DNA of 64,000 nt. It comes from Octopus sinensis (Eukaryota). Positions 38,080 through 50,299 of this stretch are shown here, piece after piece. Each line of letters begins with the position of its first letter. The first letter of the stretch is position 1. A program made the position numbers and the translations under genes. Under the pieces are notes generated by a model. The model made no database searches, was not told the origin of the DNA, and saw only the letters and a list, made by a program, of their open reading frames with translations. The DNA is taken from positions 28,210,001 to 28,274,000 of the forward strand of contig NC_043015.1 of the NCBI RefSeq assembly GCF_006345805.1, given 5' to 3'.

Positions 38080-38482
38080 TCAACATCAATGGAAATTGTA
38101 GCTGTGATACCAGTGCTGGTGGCACGTAAGAGAACCACCCGAACGTGGCCGTTCCCAGCACTGCCCCGCCCTGACTGGCCTCCGTGCCGGTGGCACGTAA
38201 AAAGCACCATCCGATTGTCGCTGTTTGCCAGCCTCGTCTGGCCCCCATGCTGGTGGCACATAAAAAGCACCATCCGATCGTGGCCGTTTGCCAGCCTCGT
38301 CTGGCACCTGTGCAGGTGGCACGTAAAAAGCACCCACTACACTCATGGAGTGGTTGGCGTTAGGAAGGGCATCCTGCTGTAGAAACACTGCCGCATCAGA
38401 CTGGAGCCTGGTGCAGCCTCCTGGCTTCCCAGACCCCGGTCGAACCATGGAAAGCGGACGTTAAACGATGATGATGATGATG
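38080..38482 (+). mobile_element. SINE family C with about 4 internal repeats, about 35 bp from the NLR acceptor
   Basis: Matches family C. Confidence 0.8.
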
Positions 38483-39897
38483 TATGTGTGTATATATGAC
38501 AGTCTCTATCTACCAGATCCACTCACAAGGCTCAGGTCAGTCCGGAGATATAGAAGAACACAGTTGCCAAAAGGTGCAATACAGTGGAACTGAACCTGAA
38601 ACCATGTGCCTGAGAAGCAAACTTCTTAACCACACAGCCACGTTCAACAGTCAAATACTGAGGTTCGATTTAATCAACAAACATTCACACAAATTGTTGG
38701 CCCTGTGCCTGAATTTGAAATTACTTCTGCCAGTATCACATTCCCAATATTTTCACTACTACATCATCAGCTGCGCCTAAATATTCCAGAGGAAGTGGGT
38801 GAGCATCATTGTCTTCTGGTGGATGTTAAAAGTATTGTATTTCTGTATGTTTACTTTGTTGTTGTAATGTTTGTTGTATTGTTTTTCGTGTGGATTTACT
38901 TCAGTGTTTCGTCTATTTTCTATGTACATATATAATCATGTGCTGCTATGTCAGGAGTGTCATTTTATTGACTCATCTAACCCATGCCAGCGTGAAAGGA
39001 TGACGCAAAATGACGACGATGATGATAATGATGACGACTATAATGGTAATTGTGTCAATCCTGTAGTAAAATATGACTAGTGCAAGTTAGTGGCAGTAGT
39101 GTGTGAGAGTCATTTTACAGTGTCCGGTATTACTCTTTTACTCTTTTATTTGTTTCAGTCATTTGACTATGGCCATGCTGGAGCACCGCCTTTAGTCGAG
39201 AAAATCGACCCCGGGACTTAATCTTTGTAAGCCTAGTACTTATTCCATCAGTCTCTTTTGCCGAACCGCTAAGTGATGGGGACGTAAACACACCAGCATC
39301 GGTTGTCAATCATTATTGAGCTAGTGTTTTGAAGAGAATTCGAAACAATATTGACGGAATGTTTTAATTCATATCTCTTTAAAACAGGAAGCCTGAGTCA
39401 CGGGACCAAAGGCAGTGAAAAGCAAGTTGACATGAAACAGGTTTAACACCTATTTTGCCCCATAATGGCATACTTTCGGATAAGACACTTATGATCTTGT
39501 GATGTCTTATCTGTGAAGGCTCATCACCCTTTACATCTGATCACCACCCACTTCTGCTGCCTCCCATATTTTTCATCTGCTAATCATATCTTTAATTATC
39601 AGCGCACAGGACATTTTGCGCTTCCACCCAACCAGCAGGTGTCATCTATATGCACCAGCACGTTTGCATCAGTGGTAAAGTCACTCGGAAAATACGTGTC
39701 TGATATCGCCAATGCACATCTGCCTTCTCATCTCCTTTCTTTAGTCTATTATACATCTGGTTAAGAAGGTCACTTTGCAACTAAAGTTTTGGGTTCAATT
39801 CCATTGCATGGCACCCTCGGTTGATCAATGCCATGTAGATGATTTTAGTAGAGAGAAGTTCTGTGGAAGCCCATAGTGTGTGTGTGTGTATATATAT

Positions 39898-40144
39898 ATA
39901 TAAAATATTATTAGAGACAAAACCACTATTTTGCAAAACAAACAAGGAAAGACTTAATCAATACATAAAATTTTAATAAATAGTCTGACTATTTATTAAA
40001 ATTTTATGTATTGATTAAGTCTTTCCTTGTTTGTTTTGCAAAATAGTGGTTTTGTCTCTAATAATATTTTATATTTTACTATAAAATCGATTTAATCCTA
40101 AATCTGATTTTTTCCCTGTAAATTTGGATTTATTCCCTAATATT

Positions 40145-40179
<35 letters not shown>

Positions 40180-40390
40180 ATCCAAACATGAAAACACAAA
40201 GAGAAAACGCAACAAACCGAGGACATGGAACAAGTATAGTGTTATTGGACGCTCAGGAAAGGAAAGGAAAGAAAGAAGGAGGATTTAACGTTTCGAGCAG
40301 AGCTCTTCGTCAGAAACATAGGAAAAGGAAAGATCCAAGGAAGGGAAGACGGAGGAAAAAAAATTGCCAACGATACACACGCGGTCAAGG
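39898..40390 (-). mobile_element. Penelope-like terminal-repeat insertion ending in a perfect 88-bp-arm palindrome
   Basis: Shares about 200 bp with 14386-14590; internal (TA)n; hammerhead core; snap-back inversion centred on 39986. Confidence 0.6.
40281..40320 (-). ncRNA. Minimal type I hammerhead ribozyme motif
   Basis: GUUU-CUGACGA-A-GAGC(UCU)GCUC-GAAA-C-GUU-AAAU: intact core, 4-bp helix II, palindromic ACGU helix III, 3-4 bp helix I. Confidence 0.65.
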
Positions 40391-40695
40391 ACAACAAATG
40401 CCAAGGCATTACAAGTATCTCAAGTCATATACATTATTATTCTTAAATTAGTCGAGGTCTTACAGCTGTTTCTGGGATATCCCAAGTGATAGACAATATT
40501 CTCGAAACAGTTGTAAGCCTGGGTGTTTTGTTGTTCTCTCTCACAAATATATAACCACTATATCGGAAACCTAAAAAGGTTCCATAGCCCCCATCTCAGT
40601 TACAAGCTTGGAGCCCTGATAATCCGTTACAGCACTTACCTAGTGTACCTATTTGCTTAGATCACCAGTGAACTAATCCCCCATATTCTATATAT

Positions 40696-40739
<44 letters not shown>

Positions 40740-40740
<1 letters not shown>

Positions 40741-41136
40741 TAGCAGTATCGCCCGGCGTTGCTCGGGTTTGTAAGGGAAATAACTATAAAGCATTTTTAG
40801 AGAGTTATAGCCAAAAAATAGCAAAAAATGCATTAAAAATGGAAAAAAAATTATGGTAAATTTTTTTTTAATCGTTGACTCATCGTAGACATTTTTAGAG
40901 AGTTACTTCCCTTATATAATGGCGAAAAAAATGCATTAAAATGGAAAAAATTATGGTAAATTATTTTTAAAATCGTAGACTCATTGTAGACGCGCGCTAA
41001 TACCCAGAAGGGCTCGATATGAATCACGACTATAAGATACCCGGTTTTGGTTAAACTGCACCGCAAAATGTGGGAGTAGTTAGGAATCTAAATCGTAGGA
41101 GACAGACACACAACCTTACTTTTATATATATAAAGA
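40740..41136 (-). mobile_element. Non-autonomous Helitron with an internal ~115-bp duplication
   Basis: A|TC...hairpin CCCGAGCAACGCCGGG...CTAG|T on the minus strand. Confidence 0.8.
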
Positions 41137-41339
41137 TATATATAATCATTTGATGTCAGCTTTCTAAGATGGCATGGGTTGGACACTTTGACAAGGGCTG
41201 ACCAGTAGAAGGGCTGTTCAGGCTCCCAGTCTGTTTTAGCCGATGAATAATGAAGCCTATGGATTTCCTGTTATCATTATTATTATATTTATCTTAAGCT
41301 GTCCATTAGATTACACTGAGACATTATAAGGCTTTTGCC

Positions 41340-41588
41340 CCATGGCTTCTGTGCCGGTGGCATGTAAAAAGCACCATCCGAACGTGGCCGATGCCAGCGC
41401 CGCCTTGACTAGCACGTTAAAAGCACCCACTACACTCACGGAGTGGTTGGCGTTAGGAAGGGCATCCAGCTGTAGAAACACTGCCAGATCAGACTGGAGT
41501 CTGGTGCAGCCTTCTGGCTTCCCAGACCCCAGTCGAACCGTCCAACCCGTGCTAGCGCGGAAAACGGACGTTAAATGATGATGATGAT
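41340..41588 (+). mobile_element. SINE family C
   Basis: Matches family C. Confidence 0.8.
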
Positions 41589-42349
41589 GAAAACTGAACG
41601 TGTGTGTGTGTGCATGCATATATTTGTGTGTGTGTGGTGTGTGTGTGTGTGTGTGTGTATGCTCCATCCACCACTGCTTGACAGTTGGTGTTGGCTTATT
41701 TGCGTCCCTGTAACAAAATAAACACACCAGTGTTGGTGTGTTTATGTCCCCATAACTTAGCAGTTCAGCAATAGAGATCAATAGAATAGGTACCCAGACT
41801 TCAAAAAAGAAAAAAAACGAAAAAAAAAAAAAAAGTACCGCGGTCAATTCATTCGACTAAAAATTCTTCAAAGCAGTGCCCCAGCATGGCCACAGTGTAA
41901 ATGACAGAAACAAGTAAAGGATTGCAATGCCAATTTATACTTTACTTCCTCTCTTCTGTAATGGACTTGGCAACAGACAAACATTAACAAATGCAACTAT
42001 TGAACGGTCAGAATAGAAAACTAAATGCTGAAGAGAAACCGATTAAAATGTATCAGAGTATTTTAGTTTCAGTTTTCCTTGCTTCCAACTTCACAGTTCA
42101 CCGATTTCAATTTTTGCATTTTATTCCTTCAAATTATTGAAAAAACGGAATGAGATGGGTTGGCAGACGAATACACCGAAGGGGATCAACTATCTTCTTT
42201 CATAGTTTCAATTCTGATGTTTAGTAGAAAAAAAAAAAAGAAAATTTAATCAATACTTAATAGCGCCTGGTTAGCTCTGAAAGAACTGACCTCCATCATC
42301 TACAGACAATCAATCAATCAGTTTGTTTTTATGACTCACAGCATCTATC

Positions 42350-42793
42350 TCCAGCACATTTGATATATTCTATGCTACAAGGCCAAATATGGAAATTATG
42401 CTGTACATAGCCTCTCAAGCGCATTGGATATATTCCATGCTACAAGGTCAAGTATGGAAACCACACTACATAATATATCCAAGCACGTGATATATTCCAT
42501 GCTACAAGGTCAAATATGGAATCATGTTATACATAGCATATCCTGTACATTAGATTTATTCCATGCTATAAGCCCAAGTACAGAATCACACAATACATTG
42601 CATATCCAATACATTGGATATATTCCATGCTACAAGGCCAAGTATGGAATCACACCACATAATATATCCAGCACATGATATATTCCATGCTACAAGTATG
42701 GAAGCGCACCACATAATGTATCCAGCACATGATATATTCCATGCTACAAGGTCAAGTATGGAACCACACCACATAATATATCCAGCACATGAT
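42350..42793 (+). repeat. 54-65 bp minisatellite, 7 units, each with a hairpin core
   Basis: gat(a/t)tattc at 42362, 42427, 42489, 42553, 42617, 42677 and 42731. Confidence 0.9.
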
Positions 42794-42918
42794 GGTTTGA
42801 CAGGAGCCAGCTAGGTAGAAGACTAACCCAGGTAACTGTGTCTGTTTTGGCATGGTTTCTATGACTGGATGTCCTTCCTAACGCAACCACTCCACAAATT
42901 GGACTGAGTGCTCTCTAT

Positions 42919-43166
42919 GTGGCACCAGCACAGGCTACGTGGCACCAGCACAGGTCACGTGACACCAGCACAGGTCACGTGACACCAGCACAGGTCACGT
43001 GGCACCAGCACAGGTCACGTGGAACCAGCACAGGTTACGTGGCCCCAGCACAAATTACGTGGCACCAGCACAGGTCACGTAGCACCAGCACAGGTTACGT
43101 GGCCCCAGCACAGGTTACGTGACACCAGCACAGGTTATGTGGCACCAGCACATGTTACATGGCACC
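42919..43166 (+). repeat. 20-bp minisatellite (gtggcaccagcacaggtcac), about 12 units
   Basis: Direct reading; lies inside a decayed SINE C. Confidence 0.9.
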
Positions 43167-43404
43167 ATAAAACCAATACCAAAGCAGAAACTGAAGTTTG
43201 ATAATGTCCTTGGACACAACAGATCCTTTTAAACCATCCAATCCATGCCAGCATGGAACATGGCCATTAACTATTAAATGATGATGATGATGACAGTGAA
43301 GATGACGATGCCTAACAAATCTGCCAATTTCCCACCTTTACCTTCCCCTAACCACCAAGATAAGAGAAGCTGCCTACCCTAACCACTATAACAATGGTTA
43401 TATA

Positions 43405-44062
43405 GTGAGCTGGCAGAAATGTTAGCACGCCGGGCGAAATGCTTAGCGGTATTTCATCTGCTGCTACGTTCTGAGTTCAAATTCCACCGAGGTCGACTTT
43501 ACCTTTCATCCTTTCGGGGTCGATTAAATAAGTACCAGTTACGCACTGGGCTCGATATAATCAACTTATCCGTTTGGGGTTGATAAATCAAGTACCAGTT
43601 ATGCACTGGGCTCGATATAATCAACTTAATCCGTGTGTCTATCCTTGTTTGTCCCCGCTGTGTTTAGTCCCTTGTGGGTAGTAAAGAAATAGGTATTTAG
43701 TCTGCCGCTATGTTCTGAGTTCAAATTCCGCCGAAGTTAACTTTGCCTTTCATCCTTTCAGGGTCGATTAAATAAGTACCAGTTACGCACTGGGCTCGAT
43801 ATAATCGACTTAATCCGTTTATCCGTCCTTGTTCATCCCCTCTGTGTTTAACCCCTTGTGGGTAGTAAAGAAATAGGTATTTCGTCTGCCTCTACGTTCT
43901 GAGTTCAAATTCCACCGAGGTCGACTTTGCCTTTCATCCTTTCGGGGTCGATAAATTAAGTACCAGTTACGCACTGGGGATCGATATAATCGACTTAATC
44001 CGTTTGTCTGTCCTTGTTCGTCCCCTCTGCATTTAGCCCCTTGTGGGTAGTAAAGAAACAGG
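43405..44062 (+). mobile_element. SINE family B trimer
   Basis: Junctions at about 43691 and 43876 (185-bp period). Confidence 0.8.
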
Positions 44063-44279
44063 TTATATACCATTATGTAACATTATACATCTTGGTCCAA
44101 AGCTATTGCATAACAGGGTTGCAAACCGGATGGGCAGTCATCTGTCCATGAAACTCACTGTTCCAATTCGACATAGGCCCGACAGACAAAATGACATTCT
44201 CTAAGTTTTAAAATGTTGCTGGATTTTTTCTGTTTTTTATTTAATTTTCTAAATCAGTACAGCTTGTTGGCAGAGTGTT

Positions 44280-46050
44280 ATGTTAAGACAATGGCATTAT
44301 GAGGAGAATGGAAGAACAGCAGCAGTAGTCATGGTAGTAGAAATACCAGCAGAGATAGTTGTGATGATGATAGTGGCGGTGGTGGTGGTAGTGGTGGTAA
44401 TACTTATAATAGTACAGATAATGGTTATAGTAGTAGTCATGATGGTGGTACCGATCAGAGCAATAGTGATGATGGTGATGATAGCAGCACCAACAGTAGT
44501 AGTAGCAGCAGCAGTAGTAGTAGTAGTAGTGGTAGCAGTGGTAGTAGTGGTGGTGGTGGTAGTAGTAGTAGTGGTGGTAGCAGTAGTAATAGTAGTAGTA
44601 GTAGTAGTAGCAGTGGTGGTAGTAGTAGTAGTAGTGTAGTAGTAGTAGTAGTGGTGGTAGTAGTAGTGGAAATGTCAGTAATAATGATAGTGGTGGAGGC
44701 GGTGGTATAGACCATGGTGATAACAGAGGTCATGATGATGGTGGTGGTGGTGGTGGTGGTAGTGATGGTGATGACAGTAGTTTGATAATATGATGGTGAT
44801 GATGATGATAGTGATAATGATTAGTATGAAATTAGTAGTAATGGTACAGGCAGTAGTATGATGGTGGCAGTCATAGTAATGATGACAATAGTATGATGAT
44901 GATGATGATGATAGTAGTTATACTATGTTGATACTGATGGTGATGATGATGCCATTGTGTTGGAGTTGGTGGTGGTGATGATGGTAATATGATGGTGGTG
45001 ATGGTGATTGGAACGTGATGGTGGGGTGGTACTAGTGATGACAGTAGCATGGTGGTGATGGTGAGAATAGCATGTACGATGGTGGTGGTAGTGGTGGTGG
45101 TGGTGGTGGTAGGGGTGAAGATAGTGATGATGGTAACGTGGTGATGATGATGATGAGGAGGATAGTAATAGGACATAGCTCAGGGGTTCCCCACCCGACC
45201 ATTTTTTATCTATGGACCCCTTTGATTAACTATTTTATTTTGGTGCCCCCCCCCCGTCCCTAGCGATTCGATGTTTAAAAACTAATTTTATAGAATATTT
45301 CTTTCAAAATTCCTGTTGCTTGAACTCCCATAAAACGTGAGAGAAGGAAACCCGGCCCTTTCTTGCAATACATACCAAAACATACATCTAAAGCTGAATA
45401 TTTTTCAGGGGCCCTTAAAATTTCTATGGAGGACTCTCAATTTACTATTTCGCTGCATGGACCCCCCCCCCCCCCGCCCCACAAAAACATGGACAAAAAT
45501 ATGGTCCCTGGCAGAGAACCACTGATGCAGGTGGTGATGATGGTAGAATGGTAGAATGGTGGTGATAATGGTAATGTGGTGGTGGTGGTGGCGGCGGTAA
45601 CGCTGGCAGTGTGGCGGTGATGGTAGTAAATATGGTGGTAGTGGCGGAGCTGGTGGTGGCAGTGGTGGTGGTGGTGATGGTGGTGGCAGTGGTGGTGGTG
45701 GTGGTTGTGGTAGTGGTGGCAGTGGTGGTGGTGGTGGTGGTGTTGATACTGGCAGTATGATGATGATGATAGTGGCAGTGGTGGTGGTGGTGGTGGTGTT
45801 AATGCTGGGAGTATGATGGTGGTAGTGGTAACAGTTGTATGGTGGTGGTGGTGGTGGTGGTGGTGGTAGTGGCAGTGGTGGTGGTGTTAATGCTGGCAGT
45901 ATGGTGGTGGCAGTGGTGATGGTAACAGTTGTATGGTGGTGGTGGTGGTGGTAGTGATGCTAATGCCAGCAGTAGGGTGGTGGAGGCTGTGGTGGTGATG
46001 ATGATGGTGGCTGATGACTGTAGTATAAGTGATGGGTGATGGTGCTGACC
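44280..46050. repeat. (GTA/GGT/GAT)n trinucleotide low-complexity tract
   Basis: Direct reading. Confidence 0.9.
45181..45524. mobile_element. hAT-like MITE, degenerate
   Basis: CAGGGGTTCCCC...GAGAACCACTG ends; TSD not recognisable. Confidence 0.55.
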
Positions 46051-46254
46051 TAGTTTAATTTTTAGGACAAGCAACCAGTGGAACTTATTTTAGGACTTAA
46101 AATTTAAAGGAAAAGTGCAGTGGGGTGGGAGGGGGAGGGGGAGAGGGAGGGAGGAAGAGGCATCAAAATGGAGGGAAAAAATAATAATAATAAACAAAAA
46201 TAAGCAAAACATATAACTAATCAATAATCTCTTGTTGAATTTGAATGAGCAACA

Positions 46255-46560
46255 GATTTCTAAATAAATAAATAAAAATAAATAAATAAATAAAAATAAG
46301 TAAATAAAAATAAATAAAAATAAATTAAAATAAATAAAAATTTAAAAAATAAATAAAAATAAATAAATAAAAATAAGTAAATAGAAATAAATAAATAAAA
46401 AATAAATAAATAAAAAAAAATAAATATATAAAAACAAATAAATAAATAAATAAATAAATAAAAATAAATAAAAAATAAATAAAAATTAATAAATAAATAA
46501 AAATAAATAAATAAATAAAAATAAATAAATAAATAATAATAAGTAAATAAAAATTAATTA
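46255..46560. repeat. (TAAA)n-like A-rich tract
   Basis: Direct reading. Confidence 0.9.
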
Positions 46561-46916
46561 AGTGTCTTATACTATAGCCTCAGGCCGACCAAAGCCTTGT
46601 GAGTGGATTTGGTAGACGGAAACTGAAAGAAGCCTGTTGTATATATATATATATATATATATACGAGAGAGAGAGAGAGAGAGAGAGAGAGGTAGAAGAG
46701 AGGACTAGAGTCAACCCAGCAACCAGTAAGACAAATTAACCGATAGTATAAAGTTCCAGAATTCCACAGCCCTCGACAGCAGCAGCAGCAATGGGAGGGG
46801 ATATGTTCGGTTGTAGCATTTTAACCTCCTCCCAATTCCCATTGGTAACCATGAAAGACTTCAAGTACAGCATGCCAGCTCCCAAAAACAAAAGAAAGGT
46901 CCATAGAGAATGACCA

Positions 46917-47387
<471 letters not shown>

Positions 47388-47447
47388 TCAATATATCATA
47401 CTTGTATATATGACATGTATACAGGTATATATGTGTGTGTATATATG

Positions 47448-47478
<31 letters not shown>

Positions 47479-47522
47479 GTGTGTGGGATGTGTGTGTGTA
47501 TGTATGTATATATATATATAAT

Positions 47523-47573
<51 letters not shown>

Positions 47574-48071
47574 GTATATATATGTATGTATGTATATATA
47601 TGTATGTATGTATGTATATATATGTATGTATGTATGTATATATATGCGTACACTTACTCGTTCTAAATATCTGATATAGCCATTCTGCTAAAAAAAAAAC
47701 AACAATGCTTGCAGTTACAGTTTTCACATTTACAGATTTTTATTATTATGCGCATGTGTGTCTGCTTGTCCTCCCAACATCGCTTGACAACCGATGCTGG
47801 TGTGTTTATATCCCCGTAACTTAGCGGTTTGGCAAAAGAGACTGATAGAATAAGTACTGTGCACGTGTCTGTGCTTGTTTCTCACTACTGCTTAACAACC
47901 AGTGTTAGTGTGTTTACATCCCTGTAACTTAGCAGTTCGGCAAAAGAGATCAATAGAATAGATACCAGGCTTAACAAAAATAAGTACTGGTGTTGATTCA
48001 CCAGACTATAAATTCTTTAAGGCATTGCTCCAACAAGGCCACAGTCTAACGACTGAAACAAGTAAGAGATA

Positions 48072-48492
48072 TAGGTGCAGGAGTGGCTATGTGGTAAGTA
48101 GCTTGCTTACCAACCACATGGTTCCGGGTTCAGTCCCACTGCGTGGCATCTTGAGCAAGTGTCTTCTACTATAGCCTCGGGCCGACCAAAGCCTTGTGAG
48201 TGGATTTGGTAGACGGAAACTGAAAGAAGCCCATCGTATATAAGTATATATATATATATATGTATGTGTGTTTGTGTGTCTGTGTTTGTCCCCCTAGCAT
48301 TGCTTGACAACCGATGCTGGTGTGTTTACGTCCCCGTCACTTAGCGGTTCGGCAAAAGAGAACCGATAGAATAAGTACCGGGCTTACAAAGAATAAGTCC
48401 TGGGGGTCGATTTTCTCGACTAAAGGCGGTGCTCCAGCATGGCCGCAGTCAAATGACTGAAACAAGTAAAAGAGTAAAAGAGTGAAGAGAGT
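48072..48492 (+). mobile_element. SINE family A, full length, preceded by partial 3' halves (47760-48068)
   Basis: Matches family A. Confidence 0.85.
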
Positions 48493-49132
48493 ATATAAAA
48501 ATAAAAGATGATTGTTTTAATTTAACACAGCCTCAATTCTGTTAACTGGATTTCCACTCACTTATGTTTTACTCAAGTACGCAACAAAGTAATTAACACC
48601 ATAACAGCACTTTTACCCTCAGCCTAAAATATAATAGAGCTTTGTATCTAATCAAAATAAACCTGTTTGTTTATTTCAGACATAAGTAAAATAAATGCAG
48701 TCAAAATAAATGCAGTCGCACTCTTTTGTTTAATAACAATTCGCTGTCTGTTGGAGAAACACTTTTTGTTGAAATTTGAGTCCTTTTTATCGTTTCTCAT
48801 AATTTTATCTCGTTGGTCTGTCTTGTCTTGTCTTGTCTTGTCACAGCCAATTTAACTTATTGGTAAGTAGAGAGAATATTTTCCTATTCTGAAATAAAAC
48901 CGTCTTTATTTACTTACTGGCTTAAAAGCTGCACTCCATGTGGATTTTTAAGCTAGCTCCAGCAGAGGGCTAATTGGACTTGCAGCCCAAAACTGAAGAC
49001 AGCAATAATAATAATAAAGTATTTATTGGTACCTTACTAATATGGTATTATTTTAAATTTAGTTTAGATGAAAAACTTGTAAGGTCACAAATTTTTGGAG
49101 TTCTTTCAGAATTTGAATTATCAACTGTTAAC

Positions 49133-49388
49133 ATGTGCCGGTGGCATGTGTAAAAAGATTCGAGCAAGGTCATTGCCAGTACTGCCTGACTGGCCCCCGT
49201 GTCAGTGGCACATAAAAAGCACCCACTACACTCTCGGAGTGGTTGGTGTTAGGAAGGGCATCCAGCTGTAGAAACTCCACCAAATCAAGATTGGAGCATG
49301 GTGCAACCATCTGGTTCGCCAGCCCTCAGTCAAAATCGTCCAACCCATGCTAGCATGGAAAGCAGACATTAAACGATGATGATGATGA
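49133..49388 (+). mobile_element. SINE family C
   Basis: Matches family C. Confidence 0.8.
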
Positions 49389-49744
49389 AATCCTCATCCA
49401 AACCTGATCCCAATACTGAATGTTCAAGAACCAAATGAAGGGCAGATTTTGAATCCTGGGATCATCCTGATTCCAAAATGGTATAATATGTCTATGTAGA
49501 ACAAATGTAGACTAAGATACAAGGGTCCTGCACAGACAAACAGAATTTTGTGTTTATTAGTATAGATTTATATATTTCATTAGTTGGTAAAATTTATAAT
49601 TTCTACAAAACTCACTTAGTAGAAGTGTATTGATGTGGTGGTAAGCTCCATGCGAAGAGGCAGAGATCACAAGCACAACCAAATTGATCCCCTATATCAC
49701 AGTGGTTCCCAACTATCAAGGGCCTCTTTACTGAAACGAATCTT

Positions 49745-49851
49745 CCCACCTTGGGCAAGTGTCTTCTACTATAGCCTCAGGCCGACCAAAGTCTTGTGAG
49801 TGGATTTGGTAGACGGAAACTGAAAGAAGCCTGTCGTATATATGTGTATAT

Positions 49852-49882
<31 letters not shown>

Positions 49883-50105
49883 GTATATGTGTGAGTTTGT
49901 GTGTCTGTGTTTGTCCCTCCAAAATCGCTTGACAACCGATGTTGGTGTGTTTACGTCCCTGTAACTTAGCGGTTCGGCAAAAGAGACCGATAGAATAAGT
50001 ACTAGGCTTACAAAGAATAAGTCCCGCGGTCGATTTGCTTGACTAAAGGCAGTGCTCCAGCATGGCCACAGTCAAATGACTGAAACAAGTAAAAGAGTAA
50101 AAGTA
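49745..50105 (+). mobile_element. SINE family A, 5'-truncated
   Basis: Starts at the ccttgggcaagt block. Confidence 0.8.
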
Positions 50106-50299
50106 TATATATCAATCCACACACACACACAAACTTGTCAAGTTACAAACACCTCTCCCCCCCCATCTCTTTCTCTCTCTCTCTCTCTCCCTCTCTCTCA
50201 ATCTACATTCCTTCTCATTAATTCTTTACAAATCTGCCCTCTTCTCTCTCATATTCAAATATACATCTGTGAAATTATATGCTTACATTTTGTCTCTGA

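Noticed and set aside
39474-39518. Hairpin CGGATAAGACA...TGTCTTATCTG as a pre-miRNA
   Set aside because: The stem is only about 11-15 bp, too short, and I recognised no known mature miRNA.
40634-40690. Strong AG|GTAAGT donor on the minus strand as an upstream NLR exon
   Set aside because: All frames upstream are closed within about 50 nt and run into (TA)n; it could only be a UTR exon, and there is no support for that.
42350-42793. CRISPR array
   Set aside because: The linkers are homologous to one another, there are no cas genes and the context is eukaryotic; kept as a hairpin minisatellite.
44280-46074. Poly-Val, poly-Thr and poly-His ORFs as mucin-like genes
   Set aside because: Trinucleotide simple repeats interrupted by a MITE; no splice or start context.
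46255-46560. Poly(A) tail of the CHIC retrocopy
   Set aside because: It is A-rich on the wrong strand and separated from the copy by a SINE fragment.
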